Shown: positions 50,977-60,694 of the stretch, in pieces
How the letters are laid out: the number at the start of each line of letters is the position of its first letter
Position numbering within the stretch: position 1 is the stretch's first letter
Source of the DNA: Oceanispirochaeta sp.
Lineage (GTDB): Bacteria > Spirochaetota > Spirochaetia > DSM-2461
Assembly (NCBI GenBank): GCA_963663385.2
Contig: CAXXXD010000004.1
Coordinates: 1,088,001-1,152,000, forward strand
Length of the DNA stretch: 64,000 nt
Reading direction: 5' to 3'
Notes under the pieces: generated by a model
Database searches by the model: none
What the model was told of the DNA's origin: nothing
Seen by the model: the letters and a program-made list of their open reading frames with translations, nothing else
Made by a program: the position numbers and the translations under genes

Positions 50977-51243
50977 CTATGCTAATATAACCTGCAGTAG
51001 AATAACCATTCCCATCACTAAAGCCATCATTATGAAAATAGCCCAAAATTGATTATTGAAACACTTTCTCTGAAAATAAGGATAAAGTGTCCAAATACAA
51101 AGAAAAAATAATGGTATTCCAAGTAAAGTAGTTGGAAGTAAGTTGTATCTTTCCCTCATGAAGCTAAAAAAAGGTTCTAAGTGAGAAATTAACTTATCAA
51201 TGTAGAATCTCTTTGTTAAAAATCTAGGTAAAAAATCACTCAT
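50977..51243 (-). CDS. Small membrane protein, candidate immunity partner of the RHS C-terminal ORF
   Basis: ATG at 51243 overlaps the stop of the RHS ORF; two TM segments; AT-rich. Confidence 0.55.
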   Translation of the reverse strand: MSDFLPRFLTKRFYIDKLISHLEPFFSFMRERYNLLPTTLLGIPLFFLCIWTLYPYFQRKCFNNQFWAIFIMMALVMGMVILLQVILA

Positions 51244-52030
51244 TATCTGTTTCTTCTTGCTCTTGATCTTCTTCTGGCTCTGGTTCGTTAACCTGGCTCT
51301 TGCCAACAAGTGATCCAACTATACTTGCTACTTTTAAAATAAAACTTGATCTAACAGTTGAAGAAGTTCCAGACTTTGTTGATACAAATTGACCTCTACC
51401 TGGATTTATCTGCTTGTGAAATCTCATTGATCCTGTATTAAAAGAGGGAAGAGTTTTTTTCGCTATAACATCGGCAGCAAATGAACCCATACTGGCAGTC
51501 GTATCTGCCGATAACTCGCCTTCGATGATATCAGCACCTGCATTCAATAAAAGACTTGCACCATCAGCCATTAATGCTGCTGTTGCTGCTGTTCCCGCAC
51601 CAGGAAGATTCCCCGTTATGGCTAAGCCTACAGTTGAGTAATTTGCAACATCTCCTGCTATTGAAGAGGCACTGGCAGTATCTCTCAAAAACTCTACAGA
51701 AGCTCCTTTCCCAGCTTGAGTAAGATCTTCTTTAGCCTTCTCGTTACCACTTGCAGCTTTAATAATCGTAGCAGATGCACTTCTTGAATGATTTGCGTAT
51801 AGACCAACTAAATCTTTTATTGAAGGCATTGTCCACATCCCAGTGGGATCGATGAATTTTTGAGGATTGTTTGAAACATAGATAAACCAGTTTTGGCCAT
51901 CCCGAGCCGGGTCTTCAGATATGAATCTCCCGGTTCCGGCATCATACCACCTGGCATTGTAGTAGTATAACCCGGTGTCTTCATCGAGATCCTTTCCGGT
52001 ATACTTCAAATCAGGATAGTTTCGTATCAC
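51236..52030 (-). CDS. Orphan RHS repeat-associated core plus variable C-terminal domain
   Basis: YTGKDLDEDTGLYYYNARWYD...GRFISEDP...NNP.KFIDPTG core with the DPxG cleavage motif, about 200-aa C-terminus, and no upstream YD repeats. Confidence 0.85.
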   Translation of the reverse strand: MIRNYPDLKYTGKDLDEDTGLYYYNARWYDAGTGRFISEDPARDGQNWFIYVSNNPQKFIDPTGMWTMPSIKDLVGLYANHSRSASATIIKAASGNEKAKEDLTQAGKGASVEFLRDTASASSIAGDVANYSTVGLAITGNLPGAGTAATAALMADGASLLLNAGADIIEGELSADTTASMGSFAADVIAKKTLPSFNTGSMRFHKQINPGRGQFVSTKSGTSSTVRSSFILKVASIVGSLVGKSQVNEPEPEEDQEQEETDNE

Positions 52031-52766
52031 CCTGCTGTATCTCTTCTTTAAGTTTTTCCAGCTTCTCCCGCTTTACCGTACTGATATGGGTAAACTTCTG
52101 TTCCAGTCCCTTTGCCAGGGCTGCCAGGGCTTCCTCTTTTTTACTCTGGTGGTTCAGCACCTGGGCGTAGTGGTACCAGGCCTCCGGAAAGGCTGGGTTC
52201 GTCTCCATCAGTTCGTCAAAGAGGGGAATCGCCTTTTCCCAGTTCCCCATCCTGATATAGGTCGCCCCCAGGTTATCCATTATCCCTTTGGAGCTGTCGT
52301 TGTACTCCCGGGCCTCCAGGTTCAGTTCCAGCGCCCCGGCCAGATCCCCCTGTTCCAGCAGATAGAACCCCAGGTTGGTATAAAGGATGGTGGTGGTATA
52401 CCCCTCTTCTTTAAGATTCTTCAGGGCTTCCACGGCCTGGTCGACTTCCCCTCTGCTCCACTGCAGAAGGGAGTAGTAGATAATCGCTTCCTCATGGGAA
52501 AACTTCTTTTCCCGTATACCCAGGAGGGGCTTCAGTACGGCCTCCGCATCCTCTTCAAACCCTCTTGTTAAAAGGACATACCCGCAGGTCAGTTTGTTTT
52601 TGGGCTTCATCCCCGAACGGGCAGCCCCTTTAATCAGTTTGACAGCTTTGTCATACTGCTCTTTTTTAAGAGCCTGCAGCCCCCTGACAAATAGAAAGAA
52701 ATTCCAGTATTTAATAAGAAGAAGAGCAATCAGGACTGCAATAATAAGAATAGCCTTGGTGTTCAT
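52011..52766 (-). CDS. TPR-repeat membrane protein
   Basis: N-terminal TM; YTNLGFY, DNLGATY, AWYHYAQ TPR-like helices. Confidence 0.8.
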   Translation of the reverse strand: MNTKAILIIAVLIALLLIKYWNFFLFVRGLQALKKEQYDKAVKLIKGAARSGMKPKNKLTCGYVLLTRGFEEDAEAVLKPLLGIREKKFSHEEAIIYYSLLQWSRGEVDQAVEALKNLKEEGYTTTILYTNLGFYLLEQGDLAGALELNLEAREYNDSSKGIMDNLGATYIRMGNWEKAIPLFDELMETNPAFPEAWYHYAQVLNHQSKKEEALAALAKGLEQKFTHISTVKREKLEKLKEEIQQGDTKLS

Positions 52767-52887
52767 GGGAGCCTCCCGTATGAATTACCCTTAAATTATC
52801 ACGGTTTTCCAATTCAATCCAGAAGGGAAAATATATGGATATTTAGTAAAGCAGCCTACTTCATAGTTAAGATCAGTAAAGAGTATT

Positions 52888-52932
52888 TCACCCCTCCTGA
52901 GGAGGGGCCGGGGGAGGTCCGGAGAGGGGTGA
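52888..52932. repeat. Intergenic palindromic repeat family B, copy 3
   Basis: TCACCCCTCC-TGA-GGAGGGGCCGGGGGAGG...GAGGGGTGA. Confidence 0.55.
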
Positions 52933-52935
52933 TCT

Positions 52936-53352
52936 CTATTCCTGTTTTTCCAGAGGGATAAAATCAAAACTCTGGCGATAGCTGATATTCTCCGAAAGGA
53001 TCCAGTCCCTCTCTTTTCCCCGTATAAGGGTCATGATCAGGGTTTTATCCCCTTTATTCCCGGTAGAAAGGTATACGGTTACAGACTTCAGGGACTGCTT
53101 GTTAACGGTCATCTCCCGGGTTCCCCTGCAGTAGGGATCCAGGATTTCTGCTATTGTATTCTGTTCTTCAGGGCTTAAATCACCTAGAAAAGGGGCCATC
53201 TGAATCAGTCCGGAAAAATCCCTGTCTGCTGCAAGGTCCAGAATCCCGTTGACCGTTTTTTCCGGCGGGCCGACGGGGGAACAGGACGGCAGAAGCAGAA
53301 TAAGGCAGAGGAGAAATGTTGTTCTGTAAATGCGATATAAAACTCCGTTCAA
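52936..53352 (-). CDS. Hypothetical lipoprotein
   Basis: Hydrophobic stretch ending in a lipobox-like LPSC; start uncertain. Confidence 0.6.
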   Translation of the reverse strand: MNGVLYRIYRTTFLLCLILLLPSCSPVGPPEKTVNGILDLAADRDFSGLIQMAPFLGDLSPEEQNTIAEILDPYCRGTREMTVNKQSLKSVTVYLSTGNKGDKTLIMTLIRGKERDWILSENISYRQSFDFIPLEKQE

Positions 53353-53363
53353 AGGATTGCCTC

Positions 53364-53398
53364 AAAAAAATCCTGCACCGGAACCCCGATGCAGGATT
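53364..53398 (-). terminator. Intrinsic terminator
   Basis: Minus strand TCCTGCATCGG-GGTT-CCGGTGCAGGA followed by T7. Confidence 0.78.
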
Positions 53399-53424
53399 GC
53401 TTAGTCAGTTGATCGTTACTTATA

Positions 53425-53814
53425 TCAGTTGTATTTTACAATAACACCGCTGATATGGGCTGTGGCGGGAGCGTACAGGCTGAATGTCAGGCCGTTCAGC
53501 AGAAGGTCGATAAAGGATGCTTCGTAGCGGATTTCCACATTTACAGCGGCATCGCCGGTGTATTTCTGAATCTCTCTCTGAATGGCGTCATAAATTTCCG
53601 TATCCATGGCGTCGGAGGTTGCGTTCAGAAAGTTGGAACCGCCGGAATTCCCCAGGAATTCGTTCACCTTAACGGCGATTTCAAACTCCCCGACCGTGTC
53701 GTATGAGGGAATTTCTCTTGTTACCTGAGCACCGGACAGCTGAAAGGTGGTACAGGATGTTAAGGCAACAGCTGCAATAACAAGCAGCATAATTACTTTT
53801 GTTACGTTTTTCAT
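53425..53814 (-). CDS. Small lipoprotein
   Basis: MKNVTK...ALTSC lipobox; GGAG RBS before ATG 53814. Confidence 0.75.
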   Translation of the reverse strand: MKNVTKVIMLLVIAAVALTSCTTFQLSGAQVTREIPSYDTVGEFEIAVKVNEFLGNSGGSNFLNATSDAMDTEIYDAIQREIQKYTGDAAVNVEIRYEASFIDLLLNGLTFSLYAPATAHISGVIVKYN

Positions 53815-53926
53815 TTTTCTCTCCATAAGAAATAGTTCTAATAATATACTCCAATTCTAAGATTTCTCCATTATAAATCAAGAGATTGAGTAAAAATAAA
53901 CAACTGATATATATTGTCTCGGCAGA

Positions 53927-54424
53927 TCAGGAGATAAAACGGCTGATTAATCTGACTATACCCGGCATAAACACAACTACCGTAATAAGACGGAGAGTGT
54001 GCATAAGGGCGACAATATGAGCCTGGGCGCCGTAAGCGTCAGAGATCAGCACAATATTGGCCAGGCCTCCGGGAGAAGCGCTGAACAGGGCTGTAATCAG
54101 ATCCATCCCCGTTACTCTGGAGATTATAAATCCCAGAATCAGGCTGAAAATCATAAGCCCGATGACCATCACAACGGCGGAAAAGAAGATGGACCCCAGT
54201 CCTTTTATGGTATTCATATTGAAATTCAGACCGATCGTGGCGCCGATAACAATCTGGAGAATCGTATTGGCCTGGGGAGGGACATAGCCGGCATCGCTGA
54301 TCAGATTATAGACAGCTGTAAATACCATGGCCCCGAAAAGGGCTCCCGCCGGTATCTTCAGTTTCATACCGATTATGCCGCCCAGTGTTCCAATCAGAAG
54401 GGTAGTGATGAATTTTCCTAACAT
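53927..54424 (-). CDS. AbrB (AidB-regulator/ammonia-monooxygenase-like) membrane protein, single repeat
   Basis: LKIPAGALFGAM, QIVIGATIG, TALFSASPGG, HTLRL. Confidence 0.82.
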   Translation of the reverse strand: MLGKFITTLLIGTLGGIIGMKLKIPAGALFGAMVFTAVYNLISDAGYVPPQANTILQIVIGATIGLNFNMNTIKGLGSIFFSAVVMVIGLMIFSLILGFIISRVTGMDLITALFSASPGGLANIVLISDAYGAQAHIVALMHTLRLITVVVFMPGIVRLISRFIS

Positions 54425-54486
54425 AAGAGCTCCTTATGGTATACAGTATACAATAAGATGGTCTGATACAATATGCTTCCCCGGGG

Positions 54487-54660
54487 TCAGGGCCGGAATC
54501 TCCGGTATTCCGCCGGTGTCATATGTAGGATTTTTTAAACAAATAATAAAATTGCACCGGACTCTCATATCCGCAGTTCCGGGTAATCTCTTTTATGGAG
54601 AGTTCGGTCATTTTCAGCTGGTACCAGGCGTGATCAATTCTGGCTTCGTTTATCATCTGT
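54487..54660 (-). pseudogene. C-terminal remnant of an AraC-family regulator
   Basis: Hand translation MINEARIDHAWYQLKMTELSIKEITRNCGYESPVQFYYLFKKSY, a frameshift, then MTPAEYRR*. Only the second AraC HTH remains. Confidence 0.78.
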
Positions 54661-55108
54661 ATGGCTGCCTTTGACGATCCGGAGTGGATCCATACCATGC
54701 TGGCCTGGCTGAGGGAGAGAAAACGGCACTATATCAACTCTCTGAAAGGCGCCCGATACGATATTTTGGAGCTGGGGGGCGGGGATGCATCCACAACTGT
54801 TATTTCTCCGGATATCTTCCGGAACTTTGTCGCCCCCTATGACAGCGTTCTGATTGCTGCCGCCAGAGATAAAACGCCGGGTCGGGGACAGGGTCTGCCT
54901 GATCGGCGGATTTGATCAGGGGACCTGTTTTTTACGGTCTACCCCGGCGGAAACGAGAACAGCCGTCCGGGATGCTTTTGACGCGGCCGGAGAGGGCGGC
55001 GGATTCATCCTCTCTCCGTCCGATCATTTTTTCGATGCCCAACCGGAACTGATTGCAGCTTTTGCCTATGAAGCCCGAAATTGCGTTTACCGGACAGCAG
55101 AGAAGTGA
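54661..55108 (+). pseudogene. Truncated, frameshifted URO-D family gene
   Basis: ELGGGDASTTVISPDIFRNFVAPYD switches frame near 54866 to EIKRRVGDRVCLIGGFDQ...GGGFILSPSDHF. The N-terminal half and the HxCG segment are missing. Confidence 0.78.
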
Positions 55109-55119
55109 GCTGAAAGCAA

Positions 55120-56358
55120 TCAGTTCGGGGGACAGGATGCCCGGAGCGTACGGTAGGCCGTCTGATACATATTGATCACCTTACCGGCAGGAATCTCTGC
55201 CAGGATATTGTGAATGGATGTGAATACGAACCCTCCGTCCTTCTTCAGGTAACGGCACACCTCTTCAACTTCCCGGCTGACCTCTTCCTCTGTACCAAAG
55301 GGGAGAGTCGACTGACTGTTAATCCCGCCGCCCCACAGGGCAATCCGGTTCCGGCACTTGTCTTTCCACTCTTTGTAGCTGTGTTCTCCGGCGCTCCACT
55401 GGACCGGATTCAGCACGTCAAACCCGCTGTCAATCAGATCGTCCAGGATATCATAAATGGCGCCGCAGGAATGGAGGAATGATTTCAGGCCGGGGGCGAG
55501 GCTGTGCACGGCATCATTCATCTTCCTGTAATAAGGAACATAAAGTTTTCTGAAATATTCGGGAGGCAGTATGGGGGCGTTCTGGGTTCCCTGATCATCA
55601 GAGTTGCTCATCATTATATCGATATAAGGGGCAATTTCAGGTAATAGGCGTTCCGCATTAATCAGAAAGTGCTTCATTTCCAGTTCATGGACCTCCTGAA
55701 CATACTCCGGCTCTGTCAGGCAGAGCATGGACCAGGATGCCATCCCGTTACGGTATTTCAGTCCCATGGACAATCCGTTGAACATCACGGCCCTGTCCGT
55801 TGATTCCCGCACTCTCCTGCAGTAGGCCGCAATGGACTTTACTCTTTCGTCTGTCAGCAGCTCCGCCTGCAGCTCCGCCCGTAGTTCTTTCAGGTCTTCT
55901 CTGGGAGGATCCTGAGTCATAAGGTCGAACGACTCATCCCCATCAGCATTATCAAATACATAGCTGGACGGAACCATTTTAAGATGCTGTTTTTCGCTGT
56001 CATACAAAATGGAGTCATCCTCCTGTATGCGAAAATCGTCAGGATTCTGCACAAGCGCGGGCAGTCTCCCGTTGAAATCGCAGGGAATCCATTTTTCCTT
56101 ATCCTGAAAAGCGTTGGTCCATTTGTCCTCGCATACGGAAACGACATCACAATTCAGGGCATCCAGAACATCCGTATCCGGCAGGGCCAGCATCTGGCAC
56201 ACATCATGGACTTTCGGACGCCGGGGGGGCAGTCCCAGTGATTCAACCAGTTCTGGGTAGGCAAAGCAGCTGATTCCTGTCGAAAGCATCCCTCCCATAT
56301 CTATGGCGTGTATTTCCTCAAAAGACAGCGCTTTCATTACCCGTTCTCTTCTTGTCAT
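55120..56358 (-). CDS. URO-D / MtaA-CmuA superfamily protein
   Basis: MTRRERV start, DDQGTQ, FLHSCG, GFDVLNPVQ, WGGGINSQ.TLPFGT, GGFVF..IHNI. Confidence 0.85.
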   Translation of the reverse strand: MTRRERVMKALSFEEIHAIDMGGMLSTGISCFAYPELVESLGLPPRRPKVHDVCQMLALPDTDVLDALNCDVVSVCEDKWTNAFQDKEKWIPCDFNGRLPALVQNPDDFRIQEDDSILYDSEKQHLKMVPSSYVFDNADGDESFDLMTQDPPREDLKELRAELQAELLTDERVKSIAAYCRRVRESTDRAVMFNGLSMGLKYRNGMASWSMLCLTEPEYVQEVHELEMKHFLINAERLLPEIAPYIDIMMSNSDDQGTQNAPILPPEYFRKLYVPYYRKMNDAVHSLAPGLKSFLHSCGAIYDILDDLIDSGFDVLNPVQWSAGEHSYKEWKDKCRNRIALWGGGINSQSTLPFGTEEEVSREVEEVCRYLKKDGGFVFTSIHNILAEIPAGKVINMYQTAYRTLRASCPPN

Positions 56359-56425
56359 ACTATAACACTCCGGTTATCTTTATATTATCCTGTTCTGTTA
56401 TACTGTTCTTATTACAGGATAGCGA

Positions 56426-57352
56426 GTGATAAATAGGACAAGAAATATGCAAAAACGGCCACTGGGTGAATGGTATGAATTGAAAAGACGGTATAACGGT
56501 ACGGTATGTATGGGGAAATGGACTTTGTGGTTCCGTTCCGGTAATTATCTGGATTTCAAGGGATCGCGGAATCTGCAGCACCGCCACTCGTATTACGAGG
56601 TATGTCTTGTCCTGGGAGGGACGGGGACTTTCACTCATGGTGATCAGATTCACTCCCTTGAGACGGGGGATCTGTTTATCGCTGATCCCGGAGTTATACA
56701 TGAAATCATATCTTCCCGGCAGGACAGTTTGAAAATCCAGTTTCTGTCTTTCAATTTTGAGAAGGATGAACAAAAACAGACAGATGAAGACGAAACCGTT
56801 CAGGATCGCTGTATAGGGGAATTCCTGAAAAATCATGACCAATTGATACATGACTGTTCCGATCTTGAGCATATCTTCCGGTCTCTGAAGGTGATCTCCC
56901 TGGAAGATAACCCTGTGAAACGGCATATCCGGAATGAAACTATGACCAAAACCCTGATTATGGAAATAATCCTCTACAGTATCAATGAAATAGAAGAGCG
57001 GCATAAGGATGCCTCCGCGGATTCAAGGCTTCAGGCCGCTTTGATATATATGGAAGATAACGCTTTCAGGAAACTGTCGGTCGGGGAAGTGTCAGCCCAT
57101 GCTGCAATCAGTGCCAGAACCCTCCGGCGCTTGATGCATGGGTATTGCGGAATGACCGTTATACAGAAGTGTTTCCGGATCAGGATGGAAGCCGCTGCAA
57201 GGCACCTGCTGGCCAATCCGGATCAGACGGTTTCCGAAGTGAGTTATCAGTTCGGCTTTGAGAATCCTTCTGATTTCTGCAGGGGCTTTAAAAAAACAAT
57301 GCTCCTGTCACCCGGTAAATTCCGTGAAAACGAAGGCACTCTGTTCAGCTGA
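56426..57352 (+). CDS. AraC-family regulator with cupin domain
   Basis: HRHSYYEVCLV...GDLF...GVIH cupin and C-terminal HTH (SARTLRR, VSYQFGF, SPGKFR). Confidence 0.9.
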   Translation: MINRTRNMQKRPLGEWYELKRRYNGTVCMGKWTLWFRSGNYLDFKGSRNLQHRHSYYEVCLVLGGTGTFTHGDQIHSLETGDLFIADPGVIHEIISSRQDSLKIQFLSFNFEKDEQKQTDEDETVQDRCIGEFLKNHDQLIHDCSDLEHIFRSLKVISLEDNPVKRHIRNETMTKTLIMEIILYSINEIEERHKDASADSRLQAALIYMEDNAFRKLSVGEVSAHAAISARTLRRLMHGYCGMTVIQKCFRIRMEAAARHLLANPDQTVSEVSYQFGFENPSDFCRGFKKTMLLSPGKFRENEGTLFS

Positions 57353-57419
57353 ATGAACCGGTGCCATTTGCACCGACAGGCTTTTAAAATATTGGGGGCG
57401 TAACAGGGATCTGATGAAA

Positions 57420-59684
57420 TTACAGCATCTCTTTTACTTTGCTGAGTATAACATCTCTTCCAAAGGGCTTGTGAATGAAACCTGTTGAGTCTGATTCATT
57501 CACCTCTTTCATATTCTGATCGTTAAAATAGCCGGAAATGAAAAGGATCTTTATTTCAGGATTGATCCGTTTTATCGCATCGGCGCAGTCGGCTCCCGTC
57601 ATTTCAGGCATTACCATATCCATGATAATCAGATCAAACAGGTTCGGATTCTTTTTAAACTGAAAAAGCCCGTTTTTCCCATTATCAGCGATAACAACGT
57701 GATACCCCTCTTTTTCAAGGATATTTGCCAGCATCTTCTGCAATACCGGCTCATCATCCACAATCAGAATATTAACAGTTTTATCTGCAGGGCCGGCGGT
57801 ATTTTCTGTTTCAGTATTATCTCCGGTTTCTGTATACGTCGGGATCAGAAGGGTAAATGAGGTAGCTTCATTCTGTATGCTTTTTATCTCTACCGCTCCG
57901 TTCAAATGTACGATTGTACTATACACTCCTGCCAGATCCAGACTGCTCCCTTTTTTTATGGATTCGCTCTTGTAGAATGGTTCGAAAATATGGGGCATGT
58001 CTTCCAATGGAATCCCGGCTCCTGTATCGGATATCTCCAGGGCAATGTATTGTCCCGGACACAGCTCATAAAGGCTTTTCCGGCAGTAACTATCATCCAG
58101 TATCCGGTTTTCGGTTGTCAGATTTATACTGCCCCCCCCGGGCATGGAATGAGCAGATCTCATAACCAGGCTCTCTATGGCCTGCTGAAGGTCAGCCTGT
58201 ATTCCCCTGATCCGGAAGTCTTCCGCATCCAGACTGAAACCTGCTTTAACCCTTTGACCTATCCTGTCCCGTAGGCCGGCCATACTTTCCCTGATGGCCG
58301 AATGTACATCCACCGGGGCATCGGAACGGCTGTTTCTCCTGGAAAATCCGGCAAGCTTCTGTATCAGTTTAATAGCCTGTCCGGATGATTCCCGGATCAT
58401 TCCGGAATATTCCATGGCCTTTACATTGCCTCCCACTTCATCCCTGAGGAGTTCTGCTGCAGCCTGTAATCCGCCCAGTATGTTGTTGAAATCATGAGCA
58501 ATGCCTCCGGCAAGATTTTCAAGGGCTTCCATTTTATCTCTATGCATAAAGCGTATCTGTCTGGTGTTTTCCTCTGTCATATCCCGGAAGACAATAACGA
58601 TCCCTTCTATGGAACCGTCCTCCCCATGGATGGGAGCACCGGACTGATTGATGAGATGCTCTGTCCCGTTACCGGAAATAAGGATGGAGTGACTGACAGA
58701 GCGGCAGATCTGCCCTGTCTCCAGCACTTTGAGGATTATATTATCCTCTCTCTCCCGGCTTTCGGGGTTGATAATCTGCAGGATGCTGTCCAGCTCCCGG
58801 TCTTTTACAGCTTCCGCCTTCCACCCGGTCATTTTTTCCGCAATGGGGTTCATCTCTTTTATTAAACCATCGGGATTGACAACAATGACTCCGTCTCCTA
58901 TGGACCGCAGAGTCATCAACAGATTTTCCTGACTTTTTCTGAGCTCTTCTTCTGTTTTTTTGAGTTTGGTAATATCTGTTGCAATACCGATAAGAGCCTC
59001 TTCCCCGAAGATCTCTTTAGGACAGGGGGTTCTTGTTGTCTGCAGCCAGTGTATATTCCCATAGGTATCACGGATCCGTTCATGGGCCAGGTGGATGGTT
59101 TTGCCGGTTTCAAATACCTCCCTGTCATCCTGAAGCATCCGCTTCACATCCTTTCTTTCGGGTTGTACATCAGCCTGAAGAGAGCCGACAACTTCGTCAA
59201 CAGTAAGGCCCATCTGATCTGCCACAGCCTTGTTGACTTCCAGAAAGCGGCCCTCCCTGTTTTTGACGAAGATGAGAGAAGGGACCAGATCAAAAATCAG
59301 ACGCATATGCCTTGAATCATTCTGTATCTGGTAGGATCCCGAAGCGTAGGAATTCACTCTGCGCCTTATAAGATCCGGGTGGAAGGGGACGGTTATGTAA
59401 TCCCAGATATGGGAAGGCAGAGAATTCCCTTTCTTAAGCTCATCTTCTGAGCATACCATAAGGAGGGGGATATTTTTCTCCAGAGTGGATATATCAATAT
59501 CGGGAGAATCCGTTATAATAAGGGACGGATTGTTCTCGTCAATCATCCTGTAAACCGTACGGACATCCGGAGCATTTGAAAGGTGATAATTTTCCAGTAT
59601 TTTCACCAGTTTCTCATTATAGTCCGGATTCAGGAAATAAAGCAGAACTTCTGTTTTTGAAGTGTACGATGTAGTCATTCCCAT
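57420..59684 (-). CDS. PAS-PAS hybrid histidine kinase with C-terminal receiver (degenerate ATP-binding boxes)
   Basis: Two PAS/PAC domains, LAGGIAHDFNN H-box, DTGAGI, IFEPF and REC (VDDE, MDMVMP, KPF). Confidence 0.9.
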   Translation of the reverse strand: MGMTTSYTSKTEVLLYFLNPDYNEKLVKILENYHLSNAPDVRTVYRMIDENNPSLIITDSPDIDISTLEKNIPLLMVCSEDELKKGNSLPSHIWDYITVPFHPDLIRRRVNSYASGSYQIQNDSRHMRLIFDLVPSLIFVKNREGRFLEVNKAVADQMGLTVDEVVGSLQADVQPERKDVKRMLQDDREVFETGKTIHLAHERIRDTYGNIHWLQTTRTPCPKEIFGEEALIGIATDITKLKKTEEELRKSQENLLMTLRSIGDGVIVVNPDGLIKEMNPIAEKMTGWKAEAVKDRELDSILQIINPESREREDNIILKVLETGQICRSVSHSILISGNGTEHLINQSGAPIHGEDGSIEGIVIVFRDMTEENTRQIRFMHRDKMEALENLAGGIAHDFNNILGGLQAAAELLRDEVGGNVKAMEYSGMIRESSGQAIKLIQKLAGFSRRNSRSDAPVDVHSAIRESMAGLRDRIGQRVKAGFSLDAEDFRIRGIQADLQQAIESLVMRSAHSMPGGGSINLTTENRILDDSYCRKSLYELCPGQYIALEISDTGAGIPLEDMPHIFEPFYKSESIKKGSSLDLAGVYSTIVHLNGAVEIKSIQNEATSFTLLIPTYTETGDNTETENTAGPADKTVNILIVDDEPVLQKMLANILEKEGYHVVIADNGKNGLFQFKKNPNLFDLIIMDMVMPEMTGADCADAIKRINPEIKILFISGYFNDQNMKEVNESDSTGFIHKPFGRDVILSKVKEML

Positions 59685-59727
59685 ACTTAAAGCATAATAT
59701 CCCGTAAAGAAATATTCTCTTTAAATT

Positions 59728-60594
59728 TTATTTTTCTACACAGATAAGGCTCATCGTTTCAACTCCGAGGCTTGAAGCTACAGGTTCGCATTTTGCCATG
59801 AAAAGCAGGTAGACATCCTGTCTGTCCACATCGTTCAGGGATTCGTAATTTCCCTGTCCCTTCGAAATAACTGTATCGGCTTCATAAAAAATCCTGCGGA
59901 ATTCTTCGCTGGTTTCGCTTAATATGGTGCCGGGGCAGTTATTTCCGTTGTCGATTATCTCAACAATTTTGTCCAGGCCGGTCTCTGCCGCATCAAAGCG
60001 GGTTACATCGTTAATAATCGGTCCGCCCCTGACCCCATAGCGGATTATCAGATCGGGGAACTCCTTCAAAAGGTATTCGATAAAGATTTTATCAAAAACA
60101 ATCTCTCCGCAGTTATCTCCCAGATAAAGCAGGTCCTTTGAGCTGGCCAGCCTTTTCCTCAGTTTCCTGCTGTCATCCACAACAAGGGGTTTGTGTTCTA
60201 TGGAATCTATATTCTGCAGGAGGGTCTCTTTGCTGAAACGATGGTTTGATCCGAAATCAATCAGGTTTCCCGATATGGCCAGTTTCAGGGCTGCCGTAAA
60301 GCTGTCCTGTGACTGGTTGATAATCTTTTCAAGATCATCTGTCAAAGCCATTATCTCTCTGTTATAAAGGGATTTTATCTCCTTATAGGGGTCAGGATTT
60401 TCAGCCTTGTCGTATATTCTCTGATAAATATCCCGTCCCATCTGGGGCGGTTTCTGGTCCCAGGGAGAGTCATAAAGGTATTTGAGGACCTCTCTGGAAA
60501 CCGCTTCCGTTTCTTCTACAGACATATTCAGGAGCTTTGATACCTTAAGAACCTGTTCCAGCATGCATGGTATGCAGTCATTTGTAATAATCAT
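59728..60594 (-). CDS. DUF89/ARMT1-like damage-control phosphatase
   Basis: CIPC, DPYKEIK, GNLID, DNCGEIVFD, PIINDVT, SKGQGNYESL, KC. Confidence 0.92.
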   Translation of the reverse strand: MIITNDCIPCMLEQVLKVSKLLNMSVEETEAVSREVLKYLYDSPWDQKPPQMGRDIYQRIYDKAENPDPYKEIKSLYNREIMALTDDLEKIINQSQDSFTAALKLAISGNLIDFGSNHRFSKETLLQNIDSIEHKPLVVDDSRKLRKRLASSKDLLYLGDNCGEIVFDKIFIEYLLKEFPDLIIRYGVRGGPIINDVTRFDAAETGLDKIVEIIDNGNNCPGTILSETSEEFRRIFYEADTVISKGQGNYESLNDVDRQDVYLLFMAKCEPVASSLGVETMSLICVEK

Positions 60595-60694
60595 ATGCCC
60601 ACTATATAGGATTTAATCCTGTTAATCAGCAGGTTCCTGAATAAAATTTATCCATCCATTTGATTAGATGGATAAAATCTTTTAAATTATAAAA

